DNA of 64,000 nt from a virus, in IMG/VR virus record IMGVR_UViG_3300003323_000541, positions 1 to 64,000 of that record, one strand, 5' to 3'. Of the stretch, positions 15,567-25,952 are shown piece by piece (position 1 is the stretch's first letter; every line of letters begins with the position of its first letter). Below the pieces are notes generated by a model. The model was not told where the DNA came from. It was given only the letters and a program-made list of their open reading frames with translations, and made no database searches. The position numbers and the translations under genes are program-made.

Positions 15567-16095
15567 TAATAAAGTGGAACTATCTCCGGAAGCTGCTGTA
15601 GAAAAGCACTTCAAAAGAATCTGGGATAGGGATAAATCTAAAACAAAGGAAAAAGCTCAAGAGGACTTAGCATACATCTATTACTTTGGTAAGTATTCTT
15701 CGATCTATCGCAATATTCCTGAAGAAGAACGCAGGACAACTCTTATAAACGATATATATGATAATAAAAAGGAGCCTGATAAGCTAGTTGAAGAAGCATT
15801 GCAGTATTATATAGATATGCAATATAAATCATCTGTAGCTCTTCAGTTCTTAGATGATGCACAGAAAGCACTAGATTCGGTCCGAGTTTATTTGAGAACT
15901 CTCAATATGAGTGATGTAGATAAGAATGGTAAACCTAAGAATGATATAACTAAGATCACTTCTGCTATTGAAAAGACAGGTAAACTTTTAGATAGTCTTG
16001 ATAACCTTAAAGATAGAGTTAAACGAGAATTAGGTAACACTGGTAAGGTTCGAGGAGGAGTAGAAAAATCAGAATTTGAAGATCCAGAAGAATAA
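15544..16095 (+). CDS. crAss-like protein upstream of terL (candidate small terminase)
   Basis: RDKSKTKEKA..LAYIY and C-terminal KVRGG..FED motifs; position. Confidence 0.6.
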   Translation: MELLIWNNNKVELSPEAAVEKHFKRIWDRDKSKTKEKAQEDLAYIYYFGKYSSIYRNIPEEERRTTLINDIYDNKKEPDKLVEEALQYYIDMQYKSSVALQFLDDAQKALDSVRVYLRTLNMSDVDKNGKPKNDITKITSAIEKTGKLLDSLDNLKDRVKRELGNTGKVRGGVEKSEFEDPEE

Positions 16096-16100
16096 TAACA

Positions 16101-19100
16101 ATGGCTTTACAGAGAACTAACGAATGGAGAACCAGTGCGCTTCACTATGAAGAGTTTGGTTGTTATACTAAACATACTAAAAATCCTGCACCTAATTCTC
16201 CATATATGAAGTTCTGGAAAGAGGAGAAAAGAAGATGTAAAGAAGGATATCATTGTGGCTGGGATTATATTCCTGGCTATTATTATTTCTATCTTAATTA
16301 CTCTCCTATCATTAAAGCTGTAGCATTAGAAGAACTCAGTGAAGAAGAATTATTAGCTGGTATTCAAGCAAGAGCTGAACGTATGGAAGGATTTCCTGAA
16401 GTTTGGGATGGAGACTATGATTATTTCCATTATCTTGAGGAAGCCGAGAAAAGAGGTATTCATGCTGCTGTCTTGAAGACGAGAGGTCGTGGGTATGAAC
16501 AACCATACAGTGCGATTATTAAGACTCCATTTGGTGATAAAACAATGGGAGAAATACAACCAGGAGATTTAGTTTGTACCCCAAGCTGGGAACCAACTGT
16601 TGTATTGGAGAAATATGAACAGGGAGTAAAAGATGTATATGAAGTAACCTTCTCTGATGGTAGAAAAGTTAATTGTGGTATCAATCACCTATGGTGTGTA
16701 TACAAGAATAATAGGAAACCATATAAAGTTTTAACTCTAAGAGAAATTATAAGAGATGGTTTATATTATAACACATCTCAAAAACAGAAAGTTTATAAGT
16801 ATAAAATACCAGAGATAAGTCCCGTATTATATCCAGAGAAGGGAGAATTACCAATACATCCATATATACTTGGAGCATTGCTTGGTGATGGATCAATGTC
16901 AACGGCTAATATAAAAATAGCATCATCTGATGAAGAGGTATTGAATCAATTTCAGAATATTCTTGGAAATGATTATGAAATAATATACGATAGTAGTACT
17001 ACAAACAACTATAGAATAACATATAAACCAGCAAGAAAAGCATTTATAAAAAACAATCCTCTTAAGACTGCTATAAAGGAGCTAGGAATCAATAAGTCCT
17101 GTAAGAATAAGTTTATACCAGAAATATATAAAACTTCCTCTATAAGCGAAAGAATGGCCTTAGTTAAAGGTCTAATGGATACTGATGGTTCTATAAATAA
17201 GGACGGATTTATTGAATTTACAAATAGCTGCGAAAAGCTCGTAGATGATCTTGCAGATGTATTAAGAAGTTTAGGTATATCTTGTAAAAAGATATATTCG
17301 AAAAGATCTGGAGAATCTTTTGTTGGTGATAGAAAAATAAAAAGAAACAATTATTATAGACTCTATATACATACGAATTTCGATCTGTTTACTATAAAAA
17401 GAAAAAGTGACAGAGTAAGGAATAAGCGATTATTTGGAGGAGCCTTTATTAAATCTATAGAGAAAATTGGTAGAGAACAATCTGCTTGTATTTTAATACA
17501 GGACGATGAACATGTCTATTTAACAAATGATTTTGTTCCAACCCATAATTCTTTTAAGGGAGCTTCAATGCTTAATAGAAACTTCTTCTTATTTCCTAAT
17601 TCTAAATCATACGCTATTGCTTCTGAAAAAGAGTATTTGATCAAAGATGGTATCATATCCAAGGCTTGGTCTAACATGAACTTTATTGATCAGAATACTC
17701 CATGGAAAAAGCTTCGTCAAGTAAAGAACGGTGATATGCATCGTAGAGCTTCCTATTTGGAAGGAGGCGTAGAAAAAGGATATATGTCTGAGATTATTGG
17801 TATTACCTTGAAAGATAATCCTCAGAAAGCTCGTGGTAAACGTGGTAAACTTATCTTATGGGAAGAAGCAGGTAATTTCCCTAATTTGCTAAAAGCCTGG
17901 CAAATTGCTCGTCCATCACTTGAACAAGGTAGTAGTACCTTTGGTTTGATGGTTGCTTTTGGTACAGGAGGTTGCCTTACTGCAGGAAACAAAGTTTGGG
18001 ATGCAACAGGAAATTTAGTAAATATAGAAGATTTAAATATAGCCAATGGAATAATAGGGTTTAAAGAAAATGAAGGTTTCTCTAAAGAAAGAGTCACTTA
18101 TTGGCAAAAACCAACTAATAAGTATTGTGTAAGAATAGAGACAAACACAGGAAGATGGATTGAATGTAGTTTAGATCATCCTATATATAAAAGACTTATT
18201 GGCAAAAACGGTATAACAGTAGGTAATAAATTTGTTGAAGCCAGTGATTTAAAAATAAAAGATGATATTGCTGTTATAGAGAATGTTAATATATGGTCTG
18301 ATAGAATTCTAGAAGATGCAAGAACTATAGGATGGTTAATAGGTGATGGAACATATGGAAAAGATCAATCTGTGAGATTTTCTAATTGTGAAGAAGAAAT
18401 ACTAGAATATATAGAAAATAAATACGACTGTACTGTTACTCATGAATACAAGACAAAGCTTAATAAGATATATAAAGAATTAAGGATAAGAAATTATTGT
18501 AAACTGTTAAGAGCTTGTGGAATCTATGGACAAACAAAGAGAAATAAACGATTACCTAATAACATTCATAGTTACTCTAAAGAGTCTGTTTGTGAATTTC
18601 TAGGTGGTCTTTTTGATACCGATGGATATATTTCTTTTAGAGAAAATAAATCTAGACCAGGTAAATATATAGGAGAAATTAGTATATCACAAAGCTCAAA
18701 GGAAATTCTATATGAGATACAATTGTTGTTACAGAAATTGGGAATTCATTCTTCAATTAGAGAACGAAAAGCTCGCTTAAATAAAAAAGGACCAATAAAA
18801 GGTATTAATAATTGGTTCGAACTCTGTGTTAGAGATAGAAGAAGTCTTATTTCTTTCTGTGAAAATATACAATTATATCCAAAAGAAAAGCAAAATAGAT
18901 TAGATAAAATTCTTAAGTATAGTAACACTATATTAACTGGAAGAGGCGAATTCAAAGGATTAAGATATGAGAGGATTGTTAAAATTGAAAGGACTGGGAT
19001 AAAACCCGTTTATAATTTAACGGCGTCCAATACGAATACTTATATAGGGAACGGAATAATAACTCACAATACAGAGGGTTCTAACTTTGTTTCTCTTGAA

Positions 19101-20279
19101 AAACTATTTTACAAACCAGAAGCATATAAGGTTCATGCTATTCCAAATAGATGGGATGAAAATAAAGAGAATACTAAATGTGGATTCTTCCATGGTGAAC
19201 AGACCAATTCTGAGGGTTATTACGATAAAGATGGTAACTCTAATGAAGAAACTGTAAAAGAAGCTGTCTTAAGGGAAAGAGAGAATTTAAGAGCTGCAGG
19301 CATAGATCAAAATTCTTTAATGCAGATGATTGCAGAAAAACCTCTTTGTCCTTCTGAAGCTGTATTAAGAACATCAGGATTCTATTTTCCCGTACACCAA
19401 CTAAAACAACAACTTTCATTAATAGAAGGCAATCCTGAAAAATATATAAACCCTAACTGGATTGGTCGCTTAGAATTCGATGATGAAACTGGAATACTTA
19501 ACTGGAGACCAGATCCTCTACTAAGACCACATAGAGAATGGCCTGGAGACATCGAAGAAGGAGCAGTAGAGATATACGAAATGCCTCAAAAGAATGCTGC
19601 AGGTGTTATACCATATAACACATATATAGCTGGTTGTGACCCTGTAGATCGTCAAACTACAGACTATACAGAATCCCTTGGATCTATCTTTGTGATGAAC
19701 AGATGGACAAGACGTATAGTAGCAGAATATACAGGAAGGCCCGATAATCCTCGACACTTCCATGAAATTTGCAGACGTTTAGCAATGTTCTATAATGCGA
19801 CTGTAATGTATGAAAATCAGCTTAGTGGTATCTTCACACATTTTGAACAAAAGAGATGTTTACATCTTTTAGCTGATACCCCTAAACTTCTTCGTGATAA
19901 TATTACTTTTAGAGAAGGTACCAATGTTTCTAAAGGTGTACCAGCATCTACAAGGACAAATGAAAAAGCAAGGGAATATATTAAATCCTGGTTGCTTGAT
20001 CCAATTGCTCAGGGTAGTGAAATCCTTAACTATCAAAAGTTACGCTCTATAGGAGCTTTAAAAGAGCTCATATCATGGAATATTGAGGACAACTTTGATA
20101 GGGTATCAGCTTTAGGTATGTTACTGCTTTATGATGAAACGCTCTATAAGCCCGAACAAGAAGTTGTTAAGAAGGTTAAAACTTTAATAGATGATCCATA
20201 TTGGAAGGAAATGGGACTAATTACAGATAATCCAAGTATTGTTAGAACTAAAGACTATAATCCAAATTATAATAGATAA
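16101..20279 (+). CDS. terL: terminase large subunit with two inteins (675 aa after splicing)
   Basis: KTRGRGY|SFK Walker A region, LILWEEAG Walker B, FGTGG motif, nuclease YIAGCDP...YENQ...NFDRVSA; directly upstream of portal. Confidence 0.95.
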   Translation: MALQRTNEWRTSALHYEEFGCYTKHTKNPAPNSPYMKFWKEEKRRCKEGYHCGWDYIPGYYYFYLNYSPIIKAVALEELSEEELLAGIQARAERMEGFPEVWDGDYDYFHYLEEAEKRGIHAAVLKTRGRGYEQPYSAIIKTPFGDKTMGEIQPGDLVCTPSWEPTVVLEKYEQGVKDVYEVTFSDGRKVNCGINHLWCVYKNNRKPYKVLTLREIIRDGLYYNTSQKQKVYKYKIPEISPVLYPEKGELPIHPYILGALLGDGSMSTANIKIASSDEEVLNQFQNILGNDYEIIYDSSTTNNYRITYKPARKAFIKNNPLKTAIKELGINKSCKNKFIPEIYKTSSISERMALVKGLMDTDGSINKDGFIEFTNSCEKLVDDLADVLRSLGISCKKIYSKRSGESFVGDRKIKRNNYYRLYIHTNFDLFTIKRKSDRVRNKRLFGGAFIKSIEKIGREQSACILIQDDEHVYLTNDFVPTHNSFKGASMLNRNFFLFPNSKSYAIASEKEYLIKDGIISKAWSNMNFIDQNTPWKKLRQVKNGDMHRRASYLEGGVEKGYMSEIIGITLKDNPQKARGKRGKLILWEEAGNFPNLLKAWQIARPSLEQGSSTFGLMVAFGTGGCLTAGNKVWDATGNLVNIEDLNIANGIIGFKENEGFSKERVTYWQKPTNKYCVRIETNTGRWIECSLDHPIYKRLIGKNGITVGNKFVEASDLKIKDDIAVIENVNIWSDRILEDARTIGWLIGDGTYGKDQSVRFSNCEEEILEYIENKYDCTVTHEYKTKLNKIYKELRIRNYCKLLRACGIYGQTKRNKRLPNNIHSYSKESVCEFLGGLFDTDGYISFRENKSRPGKYIGEISISQSSKEILYEIQLLLQKLGIHSSIRERKARLNKKGPIKGINNWFELCVRDRRSLISFCENIQLYPKEKQNRLDKILKYSNTILTGRGEFKGLRYERIVKIERTGIKPVYNLTASNTNTYIGNGIITHNTEGSNFVSLEKLFYKPEAYKVHAIPNRWDENKENTKCGFFHGEQTNSEGYYDKDGNSNEETVKEAVLRERENLRAAGIDQNSLMQMIAEKPLCPSEAVLRTSGFYFPVHQLKQQLSLIEGNPEKYINPNWIGRLEFDDETGILNWRPDPLLRPHREWPGDIEEGAVEIYEMPQKNAAGVIPYNTYIAGCDPVDRQTTDYTESLGSIFVMNRWTRRIVAEYTGRPDNPRHFHEICRRLAMFYNATVMYENQLSGIFTHFEQKRCLHLLADTPKLLRDNITFREGTNVSKGVPASTRTNEKAREYIKSWLLDPIAQGSEILNYQKLRSIGALKELISWNIEDNFDRVSALGMLLLYDETLYKPEQEVVKKVKTLIDDPYWKEMGLITDNPSIVRTKDYNPNYNR
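16497..17549 (+). mobile_element. class 3 intein with LAGLIDADG endonuclease (351 aa)
   Basis: starts with Glu (EQPYS), NHLW (Trp B12), SACI (Cys F4), THN|S; LGALLGDGS and GLMDTDGS. Confidence 0.88.
17973..19070 (+). mobile_element. class 1 intein with LAGLIDADG endonuclease (366 aa)
   Basis: GG|CLTAG, CSLDHP block B, VYNL...THN|T; IGWLIGDGT and GLFDTDGY. Confidence 0.92.
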
Positions 20280-22831
20280 TGCTTAATATAATATCATTTC
20301 CTGCACAGAAAAAAACCGATAAGGAAAAGAACGAGAAATGGCAAAGAGACTGCGTTGATGCTGCAGAACATTTGACAATGTTTAATTCCAGACAGATTAG
20401 ACAATCTTTCCTTAACAAACGAACTAATTATAATCTTTATAACAATATTCTCGACACACGAGATATTGAAAAGGTGTGCAATCAGCACAACTTAGAGATA
20501 TCGAAGTTTCCAGCTAAAATGCAGCATATCGGAATAGGTAATTCTAAGATACGTCTATTAGTTGGAGAAGAATCTAAACGGAGATTTGACTGGAGAGCTG
20601 TTATATCTTCTAGTGATGAACAAGGTGTATCATCTAAAGAAGATCAAATAAAACAGATGTACATGGACTTCTTGATGGAAAAGATCCAGAATGAACAATT
20701 TGATCAAGAGTCTGCACAAAGAGAACTTAATAAACTTCAGAAATATATAAACTATGATTTCCAAGATATAAAGGAAATCACCGCTAACAAGATCTTAAAA
20801 CATGAAGTAAAACGACTAGAAGTAAAAACAATATTCAATGATTCATTTCTTGATCTTTTAATTGCTGGAGAGGAAATTGCTTGTATAGAAGAAGTTTGTG
20901 GAGATATTGTAGTTAGAAAATGCTCACCTCTTAATGTATTTACTCTTAACAGTCCATATAGTAATAAGATAGAGGATTCAGAGATTATTGTAGAATATGG
21001 TTACGGAACCGTTGGTTCTGTGATTGACCAATTCTATGAATACCTAACACCTCAAGAAATTGATAAACTAGAAGCAGGAGATGGTAATAGCTTGTTCAAC
21101 TATGGAGGAGCTAGACAAATGCTTACACGAGATCTTTCTATAGATGAAAGATTTGGAGAACTTAATGGACAATTATTCATACCAAGTGAGCTTAGTGCTT
21201 TTACAATGGGTGGTGGATATGATGCTTATGGTAATGTACGGGTTCTAAAAGTAGTTTGGAAATCAAGACGTAAGATTGGTAAATTAACATATTTTGATGA
21301 ATATGGTAATGAACAATCTGAACTTGTACCCGAAGATTATAATCCTGTAAAAGAACTTGGTGAGAACGTAGAATGGATGTGGATCAATGAATGGTGGGAA
21401 GGACATAAAATTGGTAATGATATCTATTGTAAAATAAGACCTATTCCTTATCAGGGAAGATCGATGTTTAACGCATCAATTTGTAAGCCTCCATATGTAG
21501 GTTCATATGCTAATACGGATTTATCTAAAGCAATGTCGTTAATGGACATTATGAAACCTTTGGATTATCTGTATGATATTTATTCATATAGACGAGAATT
21601 AGCAGTAGCAAAATATCTCGGACCTATGTTAGCATTTAACATGTCTTTAATCCCATCAGGAATGGACATGAAGAACTGGTTACACTATGTAACCACCACT
21701 GGTCTTATGCCTTTAGATCCAACAAATGAAATCCTGAAAGGTCCTTCACAAGGTAAGAATGCAGGAGCATTTAATACTTTAACAGCTACGACTGTTAATT
21801 CTGATCTTGGTAATTTTATACAGCAGCATACGATCCTCATGGAACAGCTCAAACAGGATCTGGATGAAGTTAGTGGTGTATCAAGACAAAGATTAGGAGA
21901 GATATCATCTAATGAAACAGTAGGAGGGGTTGAACGAGCCGTTAACCAATCTTCACATATTACAGAAAAATGGTTTGCAGTCCATGATAGATTTAAGAAA
22001 AGGGTATTAGAAAGGATTCTTGAAACTGCTAAATATGTTTGGAAAAACAATCCGAAGAAGTGTCAATTTGTTCTTGATGATATGCAAACTATCATTGTTG
22101 AGAACTATGATGAATTCTTTGAATCAGAGTATGATGTAATGATCTCTGATAGTAGCACAGATCAGGAATTGTTCCAAGCCCTTAAACAGTTATCCCAAGC
22201 TGCTCTGCAGAATCAACAAGCTACATTTGCCGATGTTATATCTATCTATAAGTCTGAATCAATTCAGGCTGTTGCAAGGAAGCTTGAAGAGTCCTCAAGA
22301 GCTATTATGGAGCAACAGAGTGCTATGGAACAGCAGAAAATGCAGGCTCAACAGCAAATGGCTGCAGAGGCTAATCAGGTTCAAATGGCTAAAATGGAAC
22401 TTGATAAATATAAGATTGATCAGGATAACCTTACTAAAATACAGGTTGCTACTATTGGTGCTATGAAAGGAGTGGAAGGTCCTGTTGATATGGATGGAAA
22501 TGGTATAGCAGATCCACTAGAAGTACAGAAATTAGCATTAGATCAACAAGATTTACAATCTAGACAATTTAACGAACAATTAAAGCTGCAATTAGAAGAA
22601 CGCAAACATTCTAAAGATACCGAAATAAAAGAACGTGAATTAGCAAATAAGAAAGATATAGAAGATAAAAAGATAAAGGCTATTGAGGTTCAGAACAAGA
22701 ATCAAGAAAAGATGCAGGCTGCTCAGATAAAAGCTCAGGAAAAAGAACTTCAAATGAAAGAGCGTATAGAAAGAATTAAACTAGCAGCAGCAAGAGCTAA
22801 AGCAAGACAAGCTAAAAAATCAAGTAAATAA
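20279..22831 (+). CDS. portal protein
   Basis: 850 aa after terL; WINEWWEG and SGVSRQRLG motifs typical of crAss-like portals; Q/K/E-rich C-terminal coiled coil. Confidence 0.9.
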   Translation: MLNIISFPAQKKTDKEKNEKWQRDCVDAAEHLTMFNSRQIRQSFLNKRTNYNLYNNILDTRDIEKVCNQHNLEISKFPAKMQHIGIGNSKIRLLVGEESKRRFDWRAVISSSDEQGVSSKEDQIKQMYMDFLMEKIQNEQFDQESAQRELNKLQKYINYDFQDIKEITANKILKHEVKRLEVKTIFNDSFLDLLIAGEEIACIEEVCGDIVVRKCSPLNVFTLNSPYSNKIEDSEIIVEYGYGTVGSVIDQFYEYLTPQEIDKLEAGDGNSLFNYGGARQMLTRDLSIDERFGELNGQLFIPSELSAFTMGGGYDAYGNVRVLKVVWKSRRKIGKLTYFDEYGNEQSELVPEDYNPVKELGENVEWMWINEWWEGHKIGNDIYCKIRPIPYQGRSMFNASICKPPYVGSYANTDLSKAMSLMDIMKPLDYLYDIYSYRRELAVAKYLGPMLAFNMSLIPSGMDMKNWLHYVTTTGLMPLDPTNEILKGPSQGKNAGAFNTLTATTVNSDLGNFIQQHTILMEQLKQDLDEVSGVSRQRLGEISSNETVGGVERAVNQSSHITEKWFAVHDRFKKRVLERILETAKYVWKNNPKKCQFVLDDMQTIIVENYDEFFESEYDVMISDSSTDQELFQALKQLSQAALQNQQATFADVISIYKSESIQAVARKLEESSRAIMEQQSAMEQQKMQAQQQMAAEANQVQMAKMELDKYKIDQDNLTKIQVATIGAMKGVEGPVDMDGNGIADPLEVQKLALDQQDLQSRQFNEQLKLQLEERKHSKDTEIKERELANKKDIEDKKIKAIEVQNKNQEKMQAAQIKAQEKELQMKERIERIKLAAARAKARQAKKSSK

Positions 22832-23124
22832 TGATACCAAAAAGTTTTCAAATAGGTGGACATACCATTAAAGTTGAACAAACAGAAAATATAGACCCTG
22901 CTGAGAGTTTAGGAGAATGTTCATTAATTAAACAATATGTAAAAGTAGCAACGAAATCTCATTATAAGAATTTACCAAAAACCACTATAGAACATACTTA
23001 TTTACACGAGATAGTTCACATTATTCTTATGATGATGAATGAAGATGATTTAAACAATAATGAGAAATTTGTAGATAACTTTTCAGGCTTCCTTCATCAG
23101 ATTTTGAAAACGAGTAAATATTAA
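22831..23124 (+). CDS. small zincin-like metallopeptidase
   Basis: TYLHEIVH (HExxH) plus downstream NEKFVD. Confidence 0.75.
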   Translation: MIPKSFQIGGHTIKVEQTENIDPAESLGECSLIKQYVKVATKSHYKNLPKTTIEHTYLHEIVHIILMMMNEDDLNNNEKFVDNFSGFLHQILKTSKY

Positions 23125-23163
23125 ATAAGTGCTATAGGTAAGATAGGAAAATATTTAACCTAA

Positions 23164-23189
23164 TGTAACAAAAAAAGATTTAAATCGTT
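23164..23189 (+). promoter_or_regulatory. ECF-like late promoter TGTAAC-N16-CGTT
   Basis: just upstream of the scaffold/capsid operon. Confidence 0.75.
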
Positions 23190-23212
23190 AATTGTTAAAT
23201 CAGAATAATAAT

Positions 23213-24388
23213 ATGGAATTAGAAAATGAACCACGGTTTTTAGATCCCACTGAAGTTCCTTCAACCGAACCAGTGATAGATAATGAAAAACCTGAAACAG
23301 AAGAAGTCGAAACTACCGAAGTTGAAAAGAATTTATTCTTAACTCCGGAAGAAGTAGAAGCATTAAAAGAGAAAGAATCCGAGTCTGAAGAAGACGAAGA
23401 TGAAGAAAAAGATATCCCTTCCAAAACTCCCTCCGGTGGTAAGGAGAAACCCTCCGTTTATACTATCGTCGCAAGAGGTCTTCTTGAAGAGGGAGTTTAT
23501 ACTTTACCTATACCGGACGACTTTGATGGTACTCCGGACGCTCTAAAGGCTTATATCCAGAAAGATAAGGAAGAATCCGTCAGATCTGGTATAGATGCAG
23601 CCTTTGAGATGTTTTTAAGCTCTATGCCCCCTAAACTGGCTAAAGCTGTATCATCGTATGCTGATGGTCTAGATGCAGACTTTGCACTAGAGTTAGCAGA
23701 TTCTTACGACAAACTTACAAGCATTAAAGAAGATCAAATAGAGAAAGACACTTCTTTGCAACGAAAACTTTACAAGGACTCTCTTTTAGCTAAGGGATTC
23801 TCCGAGGAGAAAGCTGAGAAATACGTAAAGAAAGCTGAGGATCTCGACGAACTAATCGATGAAGCTAAAGACGCTTATACAGACCTAAAAAAGGATCTGG
23901 AAAAGCGGGAGAAGCAGAAGAAAGAAGAGATGGCTCGTAAGGAAGCAGAAAGAGAACAAGAACAAAGAAAGCAACTTGAGACAATAAAATCCGATGTATT
24001 TGCAACTGAGAATATTGCCGGAGTTAAATTGACCAAAAAGCTTCAAGATGAAATTTATAAATCTATGACAGAAATTATAGGACAAGATGAATACGGTAAT
24101 CCTATGAATTCTGTTATGATGACAAGATCTAAAAATCCGTTAGCATTTGAAAAAGCAGTCCACTTTTATCACAAGATTGGTTTATTCAATATTGATGATA
24201 AGGGTAACTTTAAGCCAGATGTTTCTAAATTAACTTCTGTCGCAAAAACAAATACTCTAAAAGAGTTAGAAAAAACCGTTAGAAATGAATCCTTCAAACC
24301 AGGTAAATCTATGGAAATTACCGGAGATTCTGAGTCTGAGGATATTTTGAATGCATTGGAAAGTATTTTTAAAAACGTTAAAGATTAA
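23213..24388 (+). CDS. scaffold-like protein preceding the major capsid gene
   Basis: acidic disordered N-terminus, long coiled coil; between portal and MCP; ATG at 23213. Confidence 0.75.
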   Translation: MELENEPRFLDPTEVPSTEPVIDNEKPETEEVETTEVEKNLFLTPEEVEALKEKESESEEDEDEEKDIPSKTPSGGKEKPSVYTIVARGLLEEGVYTLPIPDDFDGTPDALKAYIQKDKEESVRSGIDAAFEMFLSSMPPKLAKAVSSYADGLDADFALELADSYDKLTSIKEDQIEKDTSLQRKLYKDSLLAKGFSEEKAEKYVKKAEDLDELIDEAKDAYTDLKKDLEKREKQKKEEMARKEAEREQEQRKQLETIKSDVFATENIAGVKLTKKLQDEIYKSMTEIIGQDEYGNPMNSVMMTRSKNPLAFEKAVHFYHKIGLFNIDDKGNFKPDVSKLTSVAKTNTLKELEKTVRNESFKPGKSMEITGDSESEDILNALESIFKNVKD

Positions 24389-24405
24389 TAATTAAACATT
24401 AGAGT

Positions 24406-25896
24406 ATGCAATTACTACCCTTACAGAAATATGCTGCTAAGGATTATAACGGGCTAGTAACAAAAAATCACCTGGCAACACTGTACCAGATGAAGCCCGA
24501 GCTAATCAGCACCATGATTAAGCAAATCTATCGCACTTACCTTCCTGGTGAAATGATTTCATTTTTGAATCAATTCCCAGTTAAAGAAGTGTTCGAAGAT
24601 GAGTTCTTCGAATGGATGCTACAAGGTCAGCATGACAAAAACCTACCACTTGTGGACTGCTATGATGCAGCAGGTAACGCTCCTGGAGCTGGAACCTTCA
24701 CTGAACCTGGTAGGTATAATTCACGATTCTTCATGGTATTTACCGAGAAATACTTCGAAGAGACTAACGTAATCCTCGGTGAACGTGAGCCATATCACCT
24801 TTATGTTGTAGGTGTTAAACCTAAAGGATCTTTGTTCGAATATGAAGTAGAACTAATTGATGATCCTAACGGTAACTTATTTGTACCTGTTGAAGAGTTA
24901 GCATCAGGAACTCGTTGGTCTAAGGACTACGATCTTGTATCATCTACTCTTTCTAGCCGCGGTGCTAAACCGAACTTCACTTCTCCGTGGAGAATGCGTA
25001 ATACTATTTCTCAGTTGCGTATGCAATATGAGGTTCCTGGTAATATGATCGGCATTGGTAATAACCGTCCATTAGAGTTCTCCTTTATGAACCCAATGAC
25101 CGGTAAACCTGAGCGTACATGGATCAATTATCAAGATCTGGTAGCTGATGCTCAGTTCGAACAAATGAAGGCTCGTATGTCCCTGTATGGACGTAAAAAC
25201 TGGGCTAACAACGATGTAATTGGTAATAAGGACCCTTATTCTAAATTCGACGTTAAATCAGGCTCAGGTCTATTTGAACAAATTGACCCAACCAATATTC
25301 ACTATTATACTCAATTTGATATCGACTGGATGTGTTCTGTCCTATTGGATATGGGTGTTGGTAGAATAGAAAGAGGTCGTCGTATGATTACCCTTGGTAC
25401 TGGTGAATTTGGAGCTCTTCAATTCCACCAAGCAGTACAGAATAACACCACTAAATGGACGCCTAACTTCTATCAGGAGCGTATCTTCAAAACATCTGAT
25501 GGAGGTCTTGGAGCACATAATCCTCTTGGATACGGTGGTCAGTTCTTGGAATACCATTCTGTTAACGGTGTTGGTATTAAGCTTCAGATTATTCCGTTCT
25601 TCGATGATAAAGTTCGATTCAAGAAATACCACCCATCTGGTGCTGGTCTTACTGAATCCTACCGTTATATTGCTCTTGATTACGGAGGTGAGTCTGGTAT
25701 TCATCGTCTTAAAGTTAAAGGTAAGAACCCAGTATTTGGATACATCCCGGGTATGCGAGATCCATTCTCTCCCGATGGTGGTCCTAAATTAATGGCTTCT
25801 TCTATCGATGGATATGAATTCCACCGTATGGACTGGTGTGGTATGCACGTTGAAGATCCTACTAAGATTGTTGACTTTAGATATAACCTAGTCTAA
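24406..25896 (+). CDS. major capsid protein
   Basis: 496 aa, highly expressed codon bias, GLVTKNHL, SGSGLFEQI, TGEFGALQFH, YIPGMRDPF as in crAss-like MCPs; followed by hairpin. Confidence 0.9.
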   Translation: MQLLPLQKYAAKDYNGLVTKNHLATLYQMKPELISTMIKQIYRTYLPGEMISFLNQFPVKEVFEDEFFEWMLQGQHDKNLPLVDCYDAAGNAPGAGTFTEPGRYNSRFFMVFTEKYFEETNVILGEREPYHLYVVGVKPKGSLFEYEVELIDDPNGNLFVPVEELASGTRWSKDYDLVSSTLSSRGAKPNFTSPWRMRNTISQLRMQYEVPGNMIGIGNNRPLEFSFMNPMTGKPERTWINYQDLVADAQFEQMKARMSLYGRKNWANNDVIGNKDPYSKFDVKSGSGLFEQIDPTNIHYYTQFDIDWMCSVLLDMGVGRIERGRRMITLGTGEFGALQFHQAVQNNTTKWTPNFYQERIFKTSDGGLGAHNPLGYGGQFLEYHSVNGVGIKLQIIPFFDDKVRFKKYHPSGAGLTESYRYIALDYGGESGIHRLKVKGKNPVFGYIPGMRDPFSPDGGPKLMASSIDGYEFHRMDWCGMHVEDPTKIVDFRYNLV

Positions 25897-25910
25897 AAGA
25901 ATAAGATAAT

Positions 25911-25936
25911 GAGGGGGAGGAAACTCCCCTTCTTCT
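25911..25936 (+). terminator. hairpin/terminator after MCP
   Basis: GAGGGGGAG-GAAA-CTCCCCTTC then TTCT. Confidence 0.65.
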
Positions 25937-25952
25937 AATTAAACTTAGAAAT

